The notes under the pieces were generated by a model. That model was not told the DNA's origin and made no database searches. It was given only the letters and a program-made list of their open reading frames with translations. DNA of 64,000 nucleotides from NCBI RefSeq assembly GCF_009914755.1, contig NC_060936.1; one strand, 5' to 3'. Below, one piece after another: positions 55,793 through 64,000 of this stretch (its first letter is position 1; the number at the start of each line of letters is the position of its first letter). Source of the stretch: the human T2T-CHM13v2.0 reference genome, Homo sapiens. Position numbers and translations under genes: made by a program.

Positions 55793-58700
55793 AGTGTGTG
55801 CATGTGTGTGAGATATAGGGTAAGCAGGGTGTGCATCAATGCACACTCATGCACACTACTAACTGTATGCTTCGGTCAAGTTTCTAAACCTCTTCAGCCT
55901 TCTCATAAGTAAAATGAAAGAAATGACCCATTCCCAGTGTTACTGTCATAATGTGGGGCAAAGTATGCAAACCAGTGTTGGTATGAGGTGGGCCCTCAAT
56001 GGAACTCACGGCCTTTCCCCATCCCTCCTTTCACTCTCATCCCTGGCCCCGCTTCAGGAGCATCTGGGGCAGTGACACTCAGGAGTGGGCTGTCAGTAAT
56101 GTCTAAGCACCTCCCAAGCACAGCCATTTTCCTAAAAACCTTGACTTGACTAATACTCTTTTTTCAAGCAACTACAATGAACCCAACCCTGTGACTTGGA
56201 GAGGTTGGATGGCGAGGGAGGGATGAAGTGCACCACCCCGTACACCAGCCAGCATTCTGCAAAGAGTTTTGAAAGAAAAGACAAGAAGGAAAAGGAGGCA
56301 GCAAGCCAACAGCATTTTGAGTATTCAGCCTAGAAGCCTGCCATCAGCTGTGCCTCCTCCATACTGCCTCTTATTTGAAGAATTCTCCAAAGCTAGAGTA
56401 GAGACAGGCCGCCTTTCCAGGCCAAGCCTGACCATTGCCTATGTTGGTTATGCTAAGATCCTATAGTTTTCCTGCTCCCAGATGTATGGCTCAAAGGCAC
56501 AATACCCCACTGGGTCCTGACCTGAGGAGGAAGCACACCTTGCACCAGTCAGCTCCATTGCTCTTTCTTCTTGCCTCCTGCCTTATCCTCCTACCATGCT
56601 GCAGCCCTATTTGCTGTATGTCCAGAGGCCCAGTGACCTGCCCAGATTTTGCCTGCTTCCTCCCCTAGGACCCGGACCCTTTCTCTACAGCCACCACCTG
56701 TATCCCCTCCTGGAGTGAATGGATCACTGGGGACTAAGAGACTTTGTCCCACCCATCCACTGGAATCCTACCCCCGCAGCACTCAAACTCCAATACTGAT
56801 GCTTGCTGACACTGGCAACACACTCTGTACACTGTGTCTTGGCCAGCCAGGCTCCCTCTAGGACACAGCTCCAAATGCATTCCCTAGAAAGCCCCCTTCC
56901 CACCACCCCAGGGTTCAGCTCAGTCCTGCCTCACCAGTGCTGCGTTGCCTCCAGATTCCAGCATGCCTTGCATCTACGCTCCTGAGTATTGTTATGGCAG
57001 CCAGGAGGACAATCACTGTTTTTATCCGCCACTGCTGCTAGCGGTAGATATCATTCTCAAGGAAATTAACAAATCTTGCCTTCTGTGATACATATTTGCA
57101 GCAAGAATGGACCTCAGATAGGACTGACACCTCAGCCTCTTGAGGGATGCTCCCAGGAAACTGGTCTTCCATTACTCAGCCCTGTGGGAAACACTTGGGG
57201 ACTTACTGGGGTTATTGACACCAGCTGTTTGCACCTGGTGAGCAAAGCGTATACTCACAGCCTCCTCAACTATCAAGAGATCTGGGGCAGGAAGCCAAGC
57301 GGGTGTTAAACCCAGCGTGAGAATGGCAAACGAAGTCTTAAGCCTGGCAGACTTCTCATTCCATTAGGTGGCATTATCCATAGCTTTATGTCCCCATGGA
57401 GCCTGGGGGAACCCTGTAACCGTATCTCTGCCTGTGGGGATACTGCTGGGACCTACTTTGTGAGACCATCTCTGTTAGTGTGGGTATTCTTTGCCATTAA
57501 GGAAACTTCAAGTCTCCTGATACTCTTGGTGCCTCTTTCAGTCACTATCCCATTGTGTCAGCTTTGCCTTGGCCTTATTCATCTCAATAAGATCACATCC
57601 TTCTGTAGGCAGACAGAGTTGAAATAAGGAATACATAAATGCTCACTGTAGCCTCTACTGTGACTTAAAAGATACCTAGCCTATGGGCATTCCTTGAAAA
57701 ATGTCTTTTTACATGCATGAATGAAGAGAGAGACGTATTTCACCAATAACTGCATTGACAAAAATGTGCTAAGATCTGCCATGGGCCAGGCACTGCGCAG
57801 GAAATAAAAATAAATGAAAGACAGGGTCACTGTTCTCAAGAGCCTTGCAGCCTGGTTGGAAGCAAGTGACAGAGACTTTTCCTGCTTACAGAATGACCAT
57901 GTACTTTAACAAATTTTCCAAGTTCTTCATAATTAGGCCGATTCTAGCCAGTGATCTGTGAGCAGATGGGATGAATGATGACACTTGGAGGCTGAAGCAT
58001 TTAACAGCCCCAGTCAACTCTCCAGCTGTCTTCCCCTGACATGGTGTCCACGGCAGCCCCCATCAGTCTGGGTCCCTGAGCAATTGTGTGCAGCAGAGAC
58101 CCCTGCCTGATCGCACTAGATATGTGGGCTGAGCAAGAACACAGATGACTTTATGTGATGCAACCAAGATATTGAGATGAATTTATTACCCCAGCAGAGC
58201 CTAGTCTATTCTAACACTGGGAACACACATATATGTGCGATGCGGTAAGATCAGACAGTACCTGATCAGCATCCAATGAATAGTGTGGATAAGAGTCTCC
58301 AAGCTTAGCCTTGGTCTGCAGGCTTTGCCTTTACTGTTCCATCTTCCTAAGAGTTCTCCTTCTAGATCTTTTTGTGGGTTGCTCCCTCCTGCCATCTGGG
58401 TCTCAGCTATAAAGCTACCACCTTGAAATACCTTTCCTGACCAACTCCCCCAGAGTGCACAGCCCCAGACCACTGTCTATCTCATCACACCTTCCTCAGA
58501 TTCTGTGGAATGGCCCTGCTTGCTGTCCATCTTTCCCTGGTCACAGTGAAAGCAAAATGAGAGCAGGGACCTTGTCGCTTGTCTTTGCTGTGTTTCCAGA
58601 ACTGTGCCTGGCACGGAGCAAGCACTCCATCAACAGCTGATGGATGAACTCAGAAACAGAGGGTGTGTGCCAGGGGAGTCTGGAAGTGGGAGGATGACCA

Positions 58701-61700
58701 CTGACAGCCGAGAGGCCAGAAGAGGATTTACAAAGGAGAAGCCCTTTGAAGGAGGGTCACTGAGGTCGTTTTGGCAGTCACAGCAGCATGAGCAAGGCCG
58801 GGGTGGGACAACACAGGGAGGCTAGGGTGACCATGAGCTGAGTGGGTCAGTTGGGGTGGAGGAGCACAGTGGGAAGAAAGTAGCTGAGAGCTTGAAATGC
58901 TAACTATAGGTGCTCTAGGACCAAGGGAAGCTGTCTGAGGGTGCTGACTGGGAGCAATGTCCCCAAACCCACTGTTCGGGAAAGGTTGGCTGGATGGGGA
59001 TTTCCAAGCTAGAGGCCCATTGAAAGAGGCTGAGGACAATGGCACAGGCGTTAGGCTGTGAAAACCATCCAGACAGAGGGGATGACCAGAGGACAGGAGG
59101 AATATGAAGAAGGAAGGATCAGGAAATCTTTGTCCAAAAAACTTCCCCGATACCCACTGCCACACAGCTCAGGGAGCAGAAGGAGCCAAGTCTAGAGCTC
59201 AAAGCTTCTTTCCACTGGATTCTCAAATTCAGCAGTCCCTCTCTGAGCTCTCTGGAGTACCCAGTATAAGGTAGACAAGAGCAATGCCCCAGAACAATGC
59301 TCACTGGGGTTCCTGATGGAGACCCAACACACCACTTCAGTACAGATGGTGAGAAACTGACATCAAAGTCACACAAAAGAGATTCACATTTTAGAGGTAG
59401 AATCTGAGTCTGAACCTTAGTAAAGTGAGCGTATAACACTTCCCTTGCTGGCCATGCAGTTTTTGTGAAGATGAAATGGAGTTACAAATTTTATTTTAAG
59501 TTTAAAAATACTTTATGAGTATCACTCTCAGAGAGAACAAAATGTGCTTGTTAGGATTTTATCTCCTTTCCAGGGCACAGACTTTCTTATGGAGTCCTGG
59601 ACATTGATCTAACAGCCCAGGGTAGCCGCTTTGGTCTGGGCAAGGAGGGTGTGCCAGTAGAAACAGTGAACATAGCTTCATGATGTGAAAGCTCTGTTAC
59701 AGCCCATTTTATTTATGGCTTCAAACAGAAGAGTTAAGGCCCCGCCTTGCATATGGGAAGTACTCACTAAATACTTATTAATGAGTTTTCTATTGTTGCC
59801 AACTCTATTTGTCTTTCATCTTTATCACTATCTAGAGCAATGCAAGAAAAGTGAGATAATGTGACACAAATGAACAGGAAGGAGAAAGGTCTACATCACC
59901 ATTGACTTTCTGTCCCTCTTTTCCCTACTTCCTGCCCGCACACTCAGCAATACCCTTTACATTGGATCTCCTACCTCTCCCTATTCTGTCACATCCTATT
60001 TCCCTGCTAAGTAATTTTGCAGACAGCTCCCGTCATGCCACGCTCTTAAAAAAAATCTTCAGTGGTGCTAGATCAGGACCACATGGAGCGGGTAGGGGAC
60101 ATTTATTTCTACTCCTGGTGTTTCCTCCATGCGGTGGGAGTGTAATTAGTTGTAATGGCTCAGCTTGTCTTCCCCCAGCTCAACCATTTCTCCTCTTGGG
60201 TGAGAGAAGGAGGAGTAGCTTATCTTATTGTTAAGTCTAGAAGAGGACGCTGGCATTCCTTGCCTAGCCTCTTTTTCTGCCCTTCCTTGGAGGGGAGCAA
60301 AGGGCCTGCAGGAAGCAGGTGTTCTTCTATGCCTCTCCAAGTTCTAAGTTCACAGGGCTGGCCCATCCGCCACTGCCTGCCATGGAGAGAGAATGTCTGT
60401 TTGGCTCTCTTCCTAAGCTACTACCTCCCATGTAGCCGCTCTCAGTTTTACAGCTGATATTTTGGCTTTGTCTACTCTTGCCTTGATCTAATTTCTCAGC
60501 TGGTTCAGTAATCAGGCCAGGAAGATGGTACTGTTTATGGCTGAATGCCCCTGGGAACTCCAGCAAACACTTTTCCATTGTCTATGAAAAAAATCGGAGT
60601 CCTCAGCCTGGCATTTTAGATTTTCCATCAAAAAGCAAAACAAAACAAAAAAAAAACACGTTCTGGTCAACTCCGTCAGCCCAGTTTCCCACTCCATCGT
60701 GCCCTGGATGTGCCCTGGACGTAGAGCCCCGGCACCGGGCTCCCCTGGCATCCTGCGCACACTTCATGCTTTCTTTCTCCCGTACGCTGAGCTCAGCTCC
60801 CGTTCCACTGGTGTTTAGCTTGACCAAGACTCTCCCAACCACCCAAGTGGCTCATTTGCCACTTTCCTGCATGCCTTTCCTGACCCCAGGGATCTGATCA
60901 CTCCCTTCAGTGCCGTGTTTCTCACTTGGTTTCCTTTGCCAGGAATCTTCCTCTCCTCCTGCCCATCCCCTCCTCCCTATATGCATGCCTGTCTGACTCT
61001 CACTTATCTCTGGGCTCTCCAGTCAAACGCCTCTCCCTCCAAAGCCTCCTGAGTCCCCAGGAGTGTTGGATGTTCTTCCGAAGTGCTTCCATAGAATCCT
61101 GTCTGTCATTAAATATGCTGAATTAAAATTCTCTGCTTATTTTTCTCAAGATGCTTATGAAGAAACACAGATAACGTTCACAAATATGCACATGCCTGGA
61201 AAGAGCAGAGCTGCCCCTGAGGATGGTAAGCTGCCGATAGCAACACAGAAGTCAAAGCAAAGTGCTCACCGTGGGTAGTGTTACAGTAGAGGCCAAGCAA
61301 GGGAAAGGCACAGACAGAGCAACTTTCCGGAATTCTCCAGTCATTAGGAGAAGGCTCTTGAGGAGGTGGTTATCCTATCAAGGGTCCATGAATTAAAGGC
61401 ATCATACGTACTATGAATGCAACCTCCGTATGAGGTTAACAAGAAGCTGGGGCTCCTCGTTACTAGGGTCAGAGAGGGAAATCCCTACATTCAGAGAGGG
61501 AAGGGATGAATCCAGGCCACCCAGAGTAAATACAATGGGACAGGGTCTTGACTGTCAGCCTCCCCCACCCAATAAGCATGAATGCCAAATGCCAAGATGT
61601 GGTGCTCGGGCAACAGCGACTTGCAGCTCAAATGACACACCTGAATATTGAGGCCGTTGCATTTTTCTCACTGGCTTGAAGCGTGGGAAGTCTGATATGC

Positions 61701-62208
61701 CTCTTTGAAGTCTACTCAGTGCCTGGGGAATGTGTGGATTTTCTGGGGCCTCTGACAATACGGGGATAGATAAGACCAGTAAGACCCTCTTGGGCTCAAG
61801 TGTCAAAAGGCTTTCCTCAACTTTATAGATGCTGCTGGGAAAATGAGAGCTAAAGCTCTGTAATTTTTAACAGGAAGTCTTGAGTCTGCCTTGCTTCCCA
61901 GGTTAGGCTAAAAAGAACAGACCCCACGGTTTACCCTTAGGGGATAGTGAGTGCCCTGTCACATGAGGCAATCAACACAGGCCAGAGGACTTGATCAAGA
62001 ACATTACAGGAAGGATTCCCGCCTTTAGAGAAAGCCCTTTGACAGCCCTACAAATACACACACGTTGCACTTCCCCATTTCTCTAATTAAAATGCACTGT
62101 ACAAAGCATCCTGTCCCTGTCCCATTTTTTTTATTTTATCACCAAAAGCCTTGCACGCATTGACTTAAAGAGGGCCTAGGACAGCCAGAAGTCTCGGTGA
62201 CACAGTAC

Positions 62209-62404
62209 CAATTTTGGTGAGCCACTTGGCCACAGCGCCGTAGATCTCGTCCAGGATGAGGATGACCACGAGGTTGATGATGACTGCTGTTGCTGTCACT
62301 GTCACCCGGACATTGGAGCGTGTAGCCTTATTGAGAGACAGAGCGGCTGCAGTTGTTATTCGATACACTATCACCCCAAAGACGATTGAGAATGTCAGGG
62401 CAAT
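62209..62404 (-). CDS. ANO2: ANO2 coding exon (196 nt; about TM3-TM4): [15 protein letters not shown]...AVAKWLTKI
   Basis: Acceptor aaacag|ATT and donor ATT G|gtactg. Translation matches recalled anoctamin-2 sequence; the phase-1 end joins the next exon to give GAG (Glu). Confidence 0.96.
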
Positions 62405-62655
62405 CTGTTTGGGAAAACAGAGAGAAGTACACATCAGCCGGCAATTACCGAGCACCTACTATTTGCTCTGCCAACAGTACCATTTGCTGTTATCAGATAT
62501 TATTAATCTGGAATCTTTTGTTGGGTAACAAGGGATTCCAGATATTATTAGTCTGGAATATTTGGGTGGGTAACAAATTTTTAGGCAGAGTTCTGAGTGG
62601 AGGTGCATTTTCCAGGGGAGAATGTCTTAATTTTTGTCAGATTCCAAATGATTTA

Positions 62656-62656
<1 letters not shown>

Positions 62657-62692
<36 letters not shown>
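62657..62692. repeat. (CA)18 microsatellite
   Basis: Directly visible. Confidence 0.95.
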
Positions 62693-62694
<2 letters not shown>

Positions 62695-63666
62695 AAGGAT
62701 GAACATGCTGGACCCTGTGGAGTGTTCAACACACATGACGCAATTTCTTTCATTAGGGAGCTTTTGATCTTCTAAAGAGATAACATGAACTCCTTTTAAA
62801 TAAACCATAGTAAATAATGCCCAAGAAGGTATTAAGTGCTAAATGAGGAGTATAATTGCTGAAGGAACTCCAAGTACACGGGAGAAAGTAAATTTGAGTG
62901 GTCAGGGAATAGTTTGTGGAGACAGTGGGATTTAAAATGGAGTTTTCATGAGAAGAAATAGAAAGCCATTGAAGGTACCTGAGCTGAGAAGGGATGAGTT
63001 ACAGCTTGATAAGTAGAGGCAAGAAGGTTGCTCAAAGGAGAAAAGAGGGAATACATCAGGAGTGAGATTTTAGGAATCTCAGTCCTCAAGATGAACAAAA
63101 TATCACTGTAAGATTTCTCTACTAGGTGACTTGAAATGGAGGACTCAGATTCCTCATTTGGTAGAGAAATGTCTAGCTGCTGTGCTCCAAAAGGAGGGTT
63201 ATAGCCACGTGACCTCTAAGGGTTCCCCTCATTTCCTCTCTCTAGAACCTAAGAATAAGAAGGGACTCTCTTAGACCTAGATCTGCCCAACAGCCCCTCT
63301 TCCTTCTTCTGTCCCCACGTCCCCTCCTGTCCCCATCCCAACCAAGGAAGGATCATTTCCAGGAAGCACAAGGATGCTATGAGAAGCAAGTGCCCTGAGT
63401 AAAGCCTCTTAGAGGGGATAGAAGAAGGAGAGACAACTGCTAGGTGCATGCCCCACTCAGAGCAAATTCTAATTTGCTTCAGTCAAGTCAAGACTTCTTC
63501 AAGAAAGAAGACTTCCTTCTTAGGACTCTTTCTGTAAAGGAAGCTGTTCAGGTCCTATTTCCTCCGCAGGACAGAGAATGGGCACTGGCTATGAAGGACT
63601 AAATAGAAAACGTAGGGAGAGAAAACGGCAGGTGGAAGGCTCCCTGAAAAAATAAGCTGTGCTGGA

Positions 63667-63668
<2 letters not shown>

Positions 63669-63718
<50 letters not shown>
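63669..63718. repeat. (AC)25 microsatellite
   Basis: Directly visible. Confidence 0.95.
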
Positions 63719-63721
<3 letters not shown>

Positions 63722-64000
63722 TGCACAGGGAGGGAGGCAGGAAGGAGGGGGTAAGAGGAGGGGAGGAGAGGCACAGGAGGAAAGGGGAGGGGAAGTGGGG
63801 GCCTCTGGCTTGGGCAGTGCTTTGCAAGCAGTGTGAATGACACTCCAGTGGCTTGCTAATGGGTGGCAGATGTGTCCAGGTATGGATGTTTTCAGACCTC
63901 TGGGGGGTACCTGGGGTGTGCTGGTGGCAGACTCAGCTCTTTATCCTGGTAGGCTTCAAAAAATACCAGTAATTGCCCTATGGGCCGTGTTGTGAAAAAG

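Overview
Primate (most likely human, chr12p13.3) genomic DNA lying entirely inside ANO2 (anoctamin-2/TMEM16B, a Ca2+-activated Cl- channel), which is transcribed on the - strand. Eight consecutive internal coding exons (62209-62404, 42084-42195, 39799-39856, 39554-39654, 26359-26504, 5236-5388, 4825-4877, 2704-2885; 1001 nt) splice into one open frame with consistent phases. They cover roughly TM3-TM9, including the conserved Ca2+-binding residues. The gene start and end lie outside the window. The introns hold a full-length DYNLRB1 processed pseudogene with poly-A and target-site duplication (TSD), nine near-full-length Alus, L1/L2/MIR fragments, LTRs, DNA-transposon relics and several tandem repeats. 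The most notable observations are: a 144-nt GC-AG intron that is in-frame and stop-free; a ~630-bp AT-rich palindrome with 77-bp perfect arms and an internal 28-bp VNTR; a 24-bp minisatellite with a 192-bp higher-order period; a near-consensus REST/RE1 site; candidate CRX/OTX and EBF+homeodomain enhancer motifs; a 145-bp tandem duplication; and a Z-DNA-prone tract bracketed by an 11-bp direct repeat. I found no evidence of a wholly new multi-gene system. Most ORF-track entries are chance or repeat-derived. Repeat family names come from recall of consensus sequences, not from a database search.
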